Made by a program: the position numbers and the translations under genes. The notes beneath the pieces are model-generated. The model ran no database searches, was not told the origin of the DNA, and was given only the letters and a program-made list of their open reading frames with translations. From NCBI GenBank assembly GCA_905178155.1, contig CAJINV010000008.1, forward strand, positions 2,733,303 through 2,797,302: a stretch of DNA of 64,000 nucleotides. Direction: 5' to 3'. The first letter of the stretch is position 1, and each line of letters starts with the position of its first letter. Positions 1 through 12,453 of this stretch are shown here, piece after piece. The DNA comes from Amoebophrya sp. A120. Its lineage: Eukaryota > Protista > Dinoflagellata.

Positions 1-1199
1 GATGAATTTCTTTCCACTTCCAACGAGTGATATCTTATACTTATTCATGACATACAGAAAAAATACGCTGTAGACGAAAACGCAGCACCAAGTCGATTTC
101 GAGAAAACTTTCTGCATGAAAAATTGGAACGAAATGAGACGAACACCATGTTGCGGGCACTGCTTCTATACTGAATTCAGATACAGCCCTTTGCTCGCAT
201 CTTATGGCGTGCAAGTAAGTGTCTGACATATGCAGCTAATAAATCCTGAACTCAAATACAAAGTTATTCGTCACGGATAATTTACGTTTCCTTGAAGTCG
301 CATCTTGGTCGCTTGTTGAAATATTTGTCGAATCTCGTTTGAAGCGTCTTTATACACGGTCACGATAAGTAAAAATGTACAATCAACATGCCTGAGTCTT
401 CTTCTCGATAGTAACAAAAAATGCGAAATGGGTCTTCCATGATTTTTTAACGTCGAAGATTTCTTGTCCTACTAGTATTGCTACTTGTTGTGCGTTTCAA
501 AATGTATCATAATGAAGTCCTGTTTTGAAGTACGGTAATAATAAATATGAAAAACGATTACGCATTCGCCCCGTGCCCTTCCCGAAAAGTAAGTCGCAAG
601 CAGCAGGCGACGCGCGCAAACGGATGGGCGTGCGTGCCTAGCGTGTCGTCACTTTTCGATGTTGGCGTTTGTCTCACAGAAAATCAAAATCTTTTTGTAT
701 ACTTCGAAATTGATTTGAAAAACATTCTACTTTTGTTGTTCATTATTTAAGTGAAAATGTGTGCGTGCTGTAAAAAAATAAGATAACAACAAGGGCTTGA
801 AGTTGTAGCTTGACATAAGAGTAATTCCAAGTCCAAAATGACACAGCGGCTGAACCCGAAAGCAGAAAGAAGAGAGATACTCCTACATCTACAAATAGTA
901 CAAATGGTTTCTCACAATAATTATCAGTAAAGTTCGTGCGAGCGAAGCAAGCCGTTCCTGTGCGACATTATCTCGTCTGAATCAAAAACTAATCGCACCT
1001 GAAGCCCGTAGAGAGAGGCAGAAAAGAAGAAGAAAATAAAGGAAGATAATTCCGAACGGGCCTCTCGGTCAATGCGGAGCGCTGATGTTCTATGAGCCAG
1101 TATTCATGCGCCGTGTCTCCACTAATTATCTGCTACACTGTGTTGATAGCCAGCCACGTCAGGTATGTATCTACGTCCACCCGCTTCCAGTTTGATCTG

Positions 1200-1242
1200 C
1201 ACACAGACACAGACACAGACACAGACACACACATACACACAC
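1200..1242. repeat. (ACACAG)n/(AC)n microsatellite just downstream of the kinase stop codon
   Basis: cacacagacacagacacagacacagacacacacatacacacac read directly. Confidence 0.9.
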
Positions 1243-1252
1243 TCCTTTCGCC

Positions 1253-4200
1253 TCACGCGCCGCGGTACCCACCGTGCGCGTACCGCCCGTCCCCTGAGGG
1301 CGCATCGAAAGGGGATCGGCTTGGAGGCATCGAAGGGTATCGGCTTGGAGGTGGGGGCGGAGCTTCCACGGAACGGGAAGGAAAGCTGTGCGCGCGCTGC
1401 ACCGGCGGCGGCGGCGGTGCTGGCAGTCCTGGCGGTCCGGCGGGAGGTGGCGTCTGCTGTCGCGAATACTGTGGTGGCGGCGGAACCAGTGCCCAGAGTC
1501 GGGAATCGGATGCTGGCGCGCTGTAAGCGCCGGGTAGCTGCTGCTGAGATGGCCGCGATGCGGGTAGTGATTGCGGCCGCTGCGGTGGCGGGGGGGGGAG
1601 GACTGGTCGCTGCTCAGAAGGGGGCCATGATGACCAAGGTAACCAACTAGAACTGCCTGCTGGAGCGCTGGTGCGGGGCGACGGAGGTCGATCTGCTCCC
1701 TGCGGTCGGGTCCCTGGCACTGTTTTCGGTGCGGCTGGATCGGCGCGGTTTGGTGCGGTGCCTGCAAGTCTAGGCCATGATGGAGTCCGTTGTGAAGGAG
1801 TGTCCTCGTTTGCAGTGGCCCGCGACCCTGACGGGTCCGACCGCAGATATGCTTGCAAATGTGCTAACATGCCTGAAGCTGGTGAGGTCGATGGAACCGA
1901 CGCAACTTTTTTAGTTGGTTCGGAAACAGCGGACTTCGGCGAAATAGGGGACTTCTGACGACGACTATTTCGAAACTGCTCTACCAGTCCGTCTGCACGA
2001 CGCGCAACAGCTCGTGCTGCCTTTCCGGCTCCATTAAGAAGCCATGATAGATTCACTCCTTCACCGGCGTTTGGCGATGCGGACAGTTGGTCGTCCCGAC
2101 TCCGGCGACCCGCGTTCTGCAACGGCTGCGATTGCTCGGCTGGCTTGGCTTCTTGTTTGCGCGAAAACAGCCTCCATGTTGCACCAGGCGACCATGTCGA
2201 TTGGTGTTGAGAAGCCGCAACTGGCAAGGCTTGGGGGGACGACCTCGAAACGCCAGCATATGCGACGTGGTCGACGCTCGTGATGCTATCCTGAGCAGGC
2301 TTGTTTCGGAAAGCGATGTGTCGCAAGATATCATCCTTTTGCGACGTCGTAAGACAGGGACCTTTTGTTGCACACGAGTTCGACCCCGAAGACATTGTTT
2401 TTTGCACGTCCTTGTCCAGTTGGTCCAAAAAATCCTGCGCTTCTCTCAGGAGATACCCGGCTGCATAATACGTTCTAAGATTGTGCTGGCCATTCAGGAC
2501 AAGATACAGCCGTGGCATTCCCAAGTCCAGCAACATCGTTACGCTGGCAGCAAACCAGTCCGTCTTTGGTGAGTAGCGATTTTTCTCGTTTAGCCACATT
2601 TTTCCATGTTCCATGGTGGGGCTATAAGTTGCTTCGGTCCCGATCGGTTTCCGGATCGAAAAGCCGACGGCCTGGCTATTATGGAACGAAAACCTTGTTG
2701 GGTACAATTCCGTCACTTTTTCGCCGAGAACGACCAAGCCGTTTGCAGCGACAATCGAAGACAGTCCGAAATCAAAAAACTTGATCGCCCTGCGGAGTTG
2801 CGGTTTCCTACCAATCCTTGCTCCCATATTGGCGGGCTTTAGGTCATTCAGCACAAAATTGTAGCTGTCCAGGACCAGGAGGCACGTATGAAAACTGTTC
2901 ACGTATTCTCGGGCTACTGGCAGCGTCGTTCGTTTTGCCACCTTATCGTCTCCGGACGGATTTACTGCGATCTTTTCAAGGAAAAACTGGAAGAAAACTT
3001 CGTGTCGGCCTGGGATGTAAGACATGACGAAGTAAGTCCCCTGAGCAATGCAGTCCCGCAGATCCTGGCCGACCTTGTTACTGCGAGCAAGCACCAGATT
3101 CATCAGGACTTCGTCTGAAACGTGATAGAGGCACGCCTTCTGATTTCCGCCGAACATCCTGTCTTCCTTGTTACATCTCACCTCTTTGAAAATCTGATCG
3201 TGACCTTGTATCCAAAGCAAACGCAGTCACTGCGAGAGAAAAATGAAACAGAGCAAATTAGACGACGACAGACGAATATGTCAACGCCGATGTTCGGCAG
3301 CACATTCACATACTTAGACCTCCGCTCGGCTCGCAGGCAATGCGAGAGTCCGACCCGACAGCAACAGCCAGAAACTATACAAAACTCAGCCCGCTAAATA
3401 ATAAACCATAAAAACGTATGACGCAGGAAGTGCTGTCGATATGGTGGATGTCAGCTCCATATTGCTCGCTCTCGAGCGCGGCAGAGCATGCCATAATAAA
3501 TTGCGAAATACGTCGTTCGAAAGTCAGCTTTGCTCACTGCGCCGAAAGAAACCTGCGCATGCGACGCAATTGCGAGACCACATTTTTGTCATATTTTCAT
3601 TTTGACTCGAGGTAGACACGTTTCCTTACATACCAGCATCCCCAATCGAGTGTTTTCGGTTGAAAATAGATCCAGTCCAAAATTCGCGCACCGTCCCAAA
3701 GCTTCCTTGGCCGCCATGATTAGACGCGTCGTATGACACAGGCGTGTTTTTCAACAGTCCGCCATCTTCCATATTTGCTGCAACAATTTCACGAACGCGG
3801 CTGTTTTGTTGCCTTATTTTCCCAAAAAAGAAATATCGTTCGATCCACTCCTGCACCTTGGGTTCAATTCCCCTGCAATCACCGCCATAGCCGGCGTCGT
3901 TGAAATATTTGAGGAATGTATCCAGGTCAGCTCTGCACCACATTGCAATTTTGACTTTCATGTGGTAGACGACGTCATCGTAGTAGCTGCGCATTGTTTG
4001 TTCTTGCTGGTCATACGCAACCACAGAATTCTCCATGAAGCTCGTGGCATTCGCCGTCTCGAGGGTTTTATTTGCGGGCAGGTGTCCCCGGGCGTGTCCA
4101 ACCGCCACTTCCCTGCGAAGAGAACTGAATCCGTCTTCAGGCACTATGGGTTTGAAAAGAGTCCCACTCCCCTACTCAAGTAGGCCTTGAGCAAATCACA

Positions 4201-6648
4201 GGACTACAAGTTCTTGACTGGTGCACATCATTGGCCCCCATACAAGCACAACTAGGGCCGCCGCCTCGCCAAGCATGTAAAGTAAAAACGAACATGAACA
4301 TCTTCATGTCGTCTTAGATAGCGGCGCTAAGGACCTTGGAGCACGCCTAAGCCATCTTCAAATTATGATTGCGCTTTCTTTCTTGTCTCGTTTTATCATG
4401 TTTTGCTGCCTCTCAAAGAGAATTCTGCAGTGTGAATGCGATTTCAACACTGATCCATTGCTGCAATATGCAAAAACAAAAGAAACGCCTGCACGCAAAA
4501 AACGAAAGAAACGATCGAATTTCGCTCTGCGTTCGTTCGTTTGCAACTGGAAAAATGGAACCTCGGTGGTAATTAGAATTACACTCACACACGACTTTCA
4601 CATTTTATACAAGGCTGGTAGAAATATTACATCACAAATCGTGCCTCCTGCTTGCTCTCCTTGGCCGAGGTGGGAAATCAGTTCATGCACGTGTACGTCT
4701 TGATACAACGGGGAAAGTGGTTTCCGTCAGATGGGATCCCGCCCGCGATTGCGGTCCTCGATGCCCACTGCTCTGGCGCCAACGAAGTCAAATGAAGGTA
4801 CGTCTGCAGCGCAGTGACTGAGGAGGCATCGTCGTGATCTTTTGTTGACCTTCCATCCTCATGCGAAAAAGCTTCCCTCTCTTGGGCGGGAGCAGCGGCG
4901 GTGTGGTTTTCCGAGCTCTGCGACTGCAGCTCCGACACGCGTACGGTTTTTTGCAGTGCTAGCGCACCACTGCCGGAGTTCTCCGAGATCTGCTGCGACG
5001 TCGAGACGGACGCTGCTTCCTGCCGCGGCGGCGCCGCGGCGGGGTTCCGCTCACGGTCTTCTCGCAAGTACGAAGAAGAACGAGCGCTTCTGTCCGGCGG
5101 TGGGTGCTTGATTTCGAAGTCTCCCGCAACCTGCTGCAGGTGCGAAACGGGCCAGGCGTGCGAAAGGGGGGGACCAAATTCCAAGTTTTCTGACGAGCCC
5201 CGCTGTAGATGCGAAACCCCCACAGCTCCCTGATCCAGGTGTCGTGGCGGGGCCGTGAAGATTTCGGAACCCGCAGCAACATTCTGGAGGTGCGAAGGCG
5301 GCCCTGCTTCCTGCAGCGGCGTTGCGGCTTCTCTCGCTTGCTGCAGGCGCGAAGGTAGCTCTGCTTTCCGCTGCTGTGGGCGAGCGGGGTCAGCAACTTG
5401 CTGGAGGTGCGAAGAAGGCTCACGTTCGTCCAGCGCCGTCAGTGGCGCGGGCTCAGCAACGTGCTGAACCCGCGAGGGCGATTCGGCTTCCAATACCGTC
5501 GGGGGCGCCGCTTCAGCAAATTGCGGTGGGTGCGTAGACGGCTCGGCATCCCGCGCCGGCGGAGGCAGGGTTTCCCCAACTTGCTGCAGATGCGAAGACG
5601 GCTTGGCTGCCCCTGGCGGCGGGGGCGCGGCTTCCCCACCTTGCAGATACAGCGGGGCCGGGGGCGCGTGTTCAGCAGCTTTCTGCAGATGCGAATACGG
5701 CTCGGCTCCCAGCGGGGCTGGGGGTGCGGATTCGCCAGCTTGTTGCAGATGCGAAGACGGCTTGGCTTCCATTGGAGCCGGGGGTGCGGATTCGCCAGCT
5801 TGTTGCAGATGCGAAGACGGGCTGCTTACCAGCGTGAGCTGCAACGAGGCATCAGCAACCTGATGCTGCAGACGCGGAGCCGGCTCAGCTTGCAGGGGCA
5901 ACGGGGCTTCAGCAGATCGATGCCCGAGGTGCGAAGACGACCCATCTTCCACCGGCGGCGGTAACGGCCCTTCAACAGGCCGATGCTCCAGTTGCGAAGA
6001 CGGCTCAGGTTCCCGCGGCCACGGCAACGGAGCATCAGCGGCCCGAAGCTGCTGCAGGAGCGAAGGCGCTTCGGGCTCTTGCGGCTGCACCGAGCCCTGC
6101 GCTTCATCTTGCTCGTGGTCTTGTGGGTGCGGCGAGGATGTTTCGGCTTCAACAGCCTCGTCCCGGCGGTCTTGTTGAGAGGGAGCGCCAGTACTACCCG
6201 GACGGGACTCATTCATGTCCGGCACCTCGTCCGCGACGCGACCGAAACCGCGATCCGCCACGGCCGGCACCTCCGCTTCCTCCAGAAACGAGGGCGCGGG
6301 TAACGTGGTCCGAGACGCTGGCTCGACGGAACTGGGTTCCTCCGACTGACCGCCCGTGATGGCGGACACCCGGGACCACAAGGAACTGGGGTCGGGCAAA
6401 AGGTCCGCCCAAAGCCATTTGCGCTCGTTTCCCGGGCGCGGCGCCAGAAACCCCGCCCGCTCGGCGTGCACCGGCCCGCTCGCCGTAGCGCCTACGTACA
6501 AAATGACGCACCGCCCTGAAGTAATCATGCGCATGACCTCAGCGACTCGGCAAGTTCTTCCCGATACTTCTTTCGTAAGAAAGTACCTCCCGCAGAGCGT
6601 CTTCTCGAGGACGCAAAATTCGTCGGATGAAGTCGTCAGGGTTTTCAA
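1253..6648 (-). CDS. Divergent Ser/Thr protein kinase with N-terminal tandem repeats and Pro-rich tail (multi-exon; 5' end and some junctions uncertain)
   Basis: Gly-rich loop GGQGSFGTVR in ORF 3626-4144. LNDLKPANM, FFDFGLS and YSPKTDWFA in ORF 1253-3220. A GT-AG intron at 4144-4706 joins repeat ORF 4678-6648 in frame (FPR-L-PEDG). Junctions in 3230-3630 are unresolved. Confidence 0.6.
5140..6020 (-). repeat. Coding tandem repeat, unit about 60 bp / 20 aa (core PSSHLQQ)
   Basis: Recurrent tgcagatgcgaagacgg core; near-identical 60-bp units at about 5660-5820; more than 12 SHLQ-like units in the translation. Confidence 0.85.
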
Positions 6649-8592
6649 TGAAAACCTTATCGCCCGATAAGCTCGAATCTACCTTCTGTTCGCAGACACA
6701 CTACTGATCTTCGATCTCGACTGTGACTTTGTACTTTTCTTCCTTTTGTCAAGGTTCGGTCGTGAAAAAAAAGAATTTAGTTTACTCAAAAGATTACGAT
6801 GTTCTTGTGTCGATAGTTGTGAACGTGAAAACGGGTTCGTATGCAAAGGGGTTCTTGCATAGAAATCGCATCACTGGCTGATGGGAATGCGTAGGTCGTA
6901 AAGGTTGGGTTCAAGTTGAAACTCTGCAGATCAAACCAATGTGCTAGACACACGGCTACTCACGAAAAACCCAGCGAAGAAAGCTACCAGTACCATATTT
7001 ATCGCAGATGTCGAATCAGCAGCTGCCGCACGATGACCGAGCACGGAAAAATCGATGAAAAAACCGTTACCCTTTGCATCAGCTTTAGCACTTCTACTTC
7101 ATTTTGAGAACGAAAGAATAAAACGTCCGGACGGGAGAGCGCCACTCGTGATTACGAACGCCATAGCAGCGAAAGTACGAAACCGACAGCAATAGTCAAG
7201 CACCAAGACAGACGAAAATACAGCTACGTAAACTACTTCGGCCACGACAACCGATGAGGACCAGGACATACTTTCCTTTCTTCGATGACCGACAGGAAAT
7301 GAAGAGCGGTATGTACTCCTTTCGCCAGACACAGCTGCCACAACAGGGGTGGGGCGTAATCGCAGAAAGAGAAACGATGCGACCGACTCAAATATATTTC
7401 AGTGTGCACGAAATATGAAATCAAACGCACGACAAAAATAACCGATCAGAAGGAATATTTCTAGAAAACGACCGAGGAAATGAAGTGGAATATCCGCATG
7501 CAATGCACGTATGCACGTTGGCTGTTCCTGGCTGTTATTTCTCAACTTCAGATTTTAGATAGTGCCAAATCTGAAGTAGATAGTGCATTGCAAAATCTGA
7601 AGTAGAGAAATGACAGCACCCGATTCCGTAGTCCTCTCAGCGTCATGATCGTAGTTCTGTGTCGACTTATTCGTGATCTTCAAGATCACGGACAAAGATT
7701 CTTGAAAAAGAAAAACATGTAGAACTGGGCTCATTATGAATACTCGAATCAAGAAAACTGGTCTTGCGTGCGAGACCCAAATGCACCGCGTTGTCCGTGC
7801 CCCAACTTCGAAAATCGCCGGCGTGCCTGTCTCGATGCATGCAAAAGATAGACATGATTAGAACTCGAAAGGAGAGGCAGTGCTGCTGCGCCCGGAATAT
7901 AGCACAGTTTGGAAGGGAGCCTCAGACACAATCTAGCCCTGTATATCATTTTTACTTTTTAGACCTTTCCAGCGAAAAATCTATACGAGAGTCATAAGGT
8001 TGGTTTTTGGTAAGCTGAAAACTTGAAAGTACTTCCTTTCAAGTTACATCTCACGCGGTAATTGCATGCTGTCGATCGACGCCAGAGTCGCCTGATGAGG
8101 CGGTATTTTCTGCCTAGCAAGTCCTGACTGCCTGGCAAAGAAGTTCACTGTACCACCATTACCTGTAAGTACAAAGCAAGCCATGGCTGCCTGAAGCAGC
8201 GCCAGCGAATGCTGCAGCTCCCGCCCCTAAAGAGAAGATAATGCCGCGCGACGAAGCAGTCATGCAAATGCTTTCAATTTCAACAACAAAAACAGTCCCT
8301 TAGGTACCCAGAAGCGTGTTCTCTAAACGGTTGCGCTATACAATTACAATTATGTAACCTTTTCAGAGACTATAAAAGGTCTCCGGGATGGATTAAGAAA
8401 CAGCTTCATCTCCGCAAACGGGGTTTATATCTACACTGCCATGCAACAGAGAGAAACATCAAGAGAGCACCCAATAAGAACAGTTTCTATGAGACTATTT
8501 CGACTATTTGGACTTCAAAAAGTTGCAGTTCAACTAAAAGGTACTATGTGAAAAGGTCAACGAGAATGGAGTGCGACTAGCTCCTCTTATTC

Positions 8593-11500
8593 TCAATCGA
8601 GCTCGTCGAGCTCGTTTGCGGTGGTTACTTTCTTTCCTCCGCCGCCGCCCGCGCCGCGGGCCTTCGGGCCGGTCTGCTGCCGGCCCCGCGGGTTGAAACT
8701 GAACCCCGGCTTGCTTGGTTGCTCGGCTCTTCCGTCCTCGTCGTTTTCCACCGTGGTGCTCAGCTCTTCCTCCTCGATTTCCATGCGCGTGCTGCTCTGC
8801 CCGCTCTTCGCGCCTCCTGTGGAAGTTCCGCGGCTTTTCTTGCTACTACTTCCCGTGCTAGTAGTACTAGAGCTGCTACTACTCGCCGAAGAAGCTGCCG
8901 CCGGCTCTCCGCCCGCTGCTTCCAGGATTTCCTGGACAGCGGCCCGTTCCTCCGAGCCCAGCCGCGACATCATAGTTTCGATGTCCTGCATGGAGGGCAG
9001 CTTTTGCTTGGCCGCGCCCGCGGAACTTGTGTGATCCGCCACGGTGCCTGACTGCGTCTGCGAGGTGGGATTGTCGAAAACAATGGCTTCATCGTCCCAC
9101 ACGTCGCCATAGCTCTGCTTCTTCTTCTCCTCCACTTTGCTCGCTTTGGTCTTAGAGTAATCGGAATGCCACCCTGGTAATCATTTTGGTGCGCGAAGCG
9201 ATTTCAAATGATGTATCATAGAGACTATTCGGAGAAGAAAAATACATGCGAAAGAAGCAATCGTCAACATGGGTCTATGAGTACTCTGCGCTCCTGTCAA
9301 GTTACGTACCAGGATAGATAAGGGCTGCAATACGAAGATGAGGGGTCACTGGCGATGGCGAAGAAGATTGACTGCAGGTATTCGTATTCTTTTTCAAAAC
9401 ACACACTGTTATTCTACAATAGAGCGTACTTGAGGGAATGCTTTCCGAGGAGGACGAAGAGGTTCCCGCACCCGATCCGTTGCTCTTGGTGGAGGCACGA
9501 CTGTCCGCGTCGGCGTAGGCTTTCTGCAGCTCTGGGTCGTACAGCCCTTTGCCCTGCTCTTTCTCGAGCTTCAGCACCTTCAGCTGCTTATCACACACAA
9601 AATTTCCCCTAGCACTTCTATTTGATGCAATCATGCGCTCATTTACAAATCACCGCGCGATCTCGTCGTCCCCAGGAACAGGATCATCCTACGGAAGACA
9701 TAAACGAGAAATTTTCTGCCTTTTTCGCGGTTTCAAATTTGCATGACGGGTGTGGGAACCTTCTCCTGTGTGATACGCTTTCTCCTTTGAGTCGTCCTTC
9801 AGCAGCTCCTTGTTCTCTTCTTCCCATCCCATGATGCTCCGCCGGCACCGGCGCTCCCACGTGTCCACAGGATCTGTGTCTTCATCGTACTTGTCATTGG
9901 CCTATGCATTGAAAAACTGTCATGATCACTGTCGTGATGGTTCTACGTACGTTATAATCCGCGGACGGGAAAAGAACAAACTGTCAATCGTTCGGATGCA
10001 CACTGACTCAGCTCCAGTCTTACGCGATACGCAGTGCGTATCACGCGCGCATGTTGCACATACACTCACTTACTACTACCGCTGTGCCGCTGCAGGTTTC
10101 GACTTCACGTGCCGATGTCGACGCTTACTTCTGACTACTTTAGTCTTCACGCGAGGACCACATCACTGGATTTGCACTGCATATGGCCATCATTGCGCGG
10201 CGCTCCCGACCCTGCCGCTTCGCCTCGTCGCACATGCGCTTAAAGGATTCCATCTGCTTGCGATGCGCGTCTCGCTCCTCTTCCTTGTGCAGCTTGCGCT
10301 CCGCCCGCTCTGCTTCTAAGCCGCCCTGCACGAAAGCTTCCGAAAATCGTCGCTCGTCCTTGAAAACAGGTCGGTCATCCAGGTACGACAGGTTCGGCAG
10401 CGCAGCAATCACCTGGGAAAGGACAGAGTTGTGAGTGCAATCATGAGCAATTTCCGTCAGTGTTCTATTCGGAGTGGACAACTTCTGCATCTGCCGTAAC
10501 ACAATCGCACGCGCGGAAATAGTAGTTGGTGGTTAGCCGTTTTTCTTGACGTCACCATCATCAGAAATGTTTTGTTTTTGTTTGAAGCTGGGTTGCGTAA
10601 TCGGGTTCTTCCACATCGATAATCATGACTGAAGAAACCTTACCCTCTTTCGGTAGGATTTGATGGCGGACACGACGGGATTTCCCTTCAAGTACAGCAC
10701 CTTCAACTCCGGCATTTTTTCGAGGACCTCCTGCACCAGTTCGGGCTCTTTGATCTTGTAAGCTATCACGTGCAAACCAGTTGTGCCAGCAGTACATTGC
10801 ACGTCTTTTCATTGCGAGGGGAGAGACCATGTCCTCGGTCCTCTTTAACTCTCCGATGACCCCTCGACCTGAATGGCTCCTTATTCCACCAGAGAAGATG
10901 CGCGAAAAAATGCAATTCTGTATTCTATGACGGGTCGTGGTCGAAGAATCCGTCTACCATCCCGTCCCATTCAGGACAGAGCAGATTGTTTGCAGCGACG
11001 ACTCTTCGCTCTAGCGCGGTCAATGATGCATCAAATGGCGCAGCAGCGGCATGCATGGCTGCAGAACAAAGGGGACAAAATCGCGTGCGAATAGATACTA
11101 CTGCACCGAATATCCGATTGATACTTCCTTGGAGGTCCAGGACTGCAATTTTGCTTCCCACCAGGTCTCGCACGTCGTCCAGGCCTGCAACGTAATTTTT
11201 TCAACAAACCTAAGAAATGCTAGGATGCACTACGCGTTCGGATCTAAGATGCGCGTTATTTACGTTTTTTCTCAACAGCTAGCCCGCCGGGCCAAATCTT
11301 GTTTCAGCCTGAGAACCACTAACTCACATCTGCATATCATCATCATCTATCCTGCGTGGGGCACTGCGCATATTATTGTAGCGACGACTTGGATAGTACG
11401 CAAATTTTACCATTGTGCCCAAGCTGGTTGTTGGCAATCTGCAGGGTTGACAGGTTCGGTGGCAGGTTTTCGATTTTGTAAATGAAGTTGTTGCAACAGT

Positions 11501-12453
11501 TCAGGGTCTGTAGGTCCTGCATGTGCGCGATCCCGTCAATAGATTTAAGACCTGAGATGGGTTATTTTTTCTTTTCGCCGCAGATACCCCCATGGTGCTG
11601 GACTCTTTCTCTACGCTGCAAGCGATGCGAAGTCTATACATAGCCCTATGCAGAAACACGCCTTTCACACGGCCTATGAAATGATCAAGCAAGAAGCGTC
11701 GTCGAACCGTTTTGTTTTTTGTCCATGCCGCGATGGCGAAAAATGCAACGAACTAGACCAGGTAAAAAATGTATAATGCTATACAGTTCTCGTGTATGAA
11801 CAGAGACCGGAGTTTGGTCATGGACTCCAGATTTTCGATTTTCTCGATCGCGTTTGATTCCAGGTAAAGTGCCCGCATCTCCGTGAATTCCTCCAAGTTC
11901 TCGATTTTCGTGTAGCCGCCGAAATGAAGGTAGATTTTTTCGTTTAGCCCCGGCGTCGAGTAATAGAGTCGTCGATCGCTCCGCAAGATCTTCTTGATCT
12001 TGTCTCTCGTCAGTTGTGCACCACCCAGGGTCGGCGTATGAAATTAAAACAACGCTTGAAAGTCACCGACAGCAGGGAAAAATTATTCCGGAATGTGACT
12101 AGCAAAACGCGCTGTCGTTTGACTACGCAGGCAGAACCAGTCGTTGTGTGAAAAATTCATGCTATTCGTCAGAGCATGCAGTAGTCCGATCGTGAGAGCT
12201 TTCGTTCTCCTGGAATGTCCTTCTGACGGGCAGTCACATTGCACATAAGGTGTCATTGCTTTGTTTTTTTTGATTCCCGTTCCATCAACTACAGTCTTTG
12301 TGACTTTATTCCACCGTTGCGTTTTCCATAATCTCGGTCAGCGTACCACTTTGCGCGCCGTTTGGCGTCGTCTTCTGCCATCTTCTCCTCGATCGGCCGC
12401 CGGCGCTCCATCACGCTCTGATGGAGCGCCATATCCAAATCCGTGGCCGCCAT
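8593..12453 (-). CDS. DNAAF1: Dynein axonemal assembly factor 1 (ODA7/LRRC50)-like LRR protein, multi-exon
   Basis: YSTPGLNEKIYLHFGGYTKIENLEEF, LRR units, LKVLYLKGNPVV..YRKRVIAALPNLSYLDDRPVFKDERR (LRR cap typical of ODA7). Exons joined by GT-AG introns plus four TAT..ATA elements. In-frame ATGs at 12453 and 12381. Confidence 0.85.
9589..9775. mobile_element. Introner/MITE-like non-canonical intron in DNAAF1
   Basis: Ends TATCACACA..TGTGTGATA; flanks AAGCG/AGCAG on the coding strand; removal of element+5 nt gives SKEKA-LKVLK. Confidence 0.8.
9903..10183. mobile_element. Introner/MITE-like non-canonical intron in DNAAF1
   Basis: TATGCA..TGCATA ends, imperfect TIR of about 22 bp, perfect TSD GGCCA; removal gives AMMA-NDKY. 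Confidence 0.9.
10764..11123. mobile_element. Degenerate introner in DNAAF1
   Basis: TATCA..TGATA ends, degenerate TIR, flanks GGAAG/GCTTA; removal of 10760-11124 restores LRR motif LDLQGNKI. Confidence 0.75.
12037..12330. mobile_element. Degenerate introner in DNAAF1 (first intron)
   Basis: TATG..CATA ends; TIR tatggaaaacgcaacggtggaataaagtcac vs tatgaaattaaaacaacgcttgaaagtcac; TSD decayed (GAGAT/CGCCG) but element+5 removal is in frame (WYADR(D/E)-TLGGAQLTRDKI). Confidence 0.7.

Noticed and set aside
4144-4706. Intron with TATC..CATA near its ends
   Set aside because: No TIR beyond three bases and a normal GT-AG join works.
5140-6020. Regularly spaced repeats that could be mistaken for a CRISPR array
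   Set aside because: Degenerate in-frame coding repeats in a eukaryotic gene; no unique spacers or cas genes.
11187-11410. Intron in DNAAF1 with short inverted ends gtaa..ttac
   Set aside because: GT...TTGCAG gives the in-frame LGHNGLDDV; canonical.
12402-12430. Perfect 12-bp hairpin ggcgctccatca-cgctc-tgatggagcgcc
   Set aside because: Lies within the likely N-terminal coding sequence, is a single occurrence and has no other support for a function.
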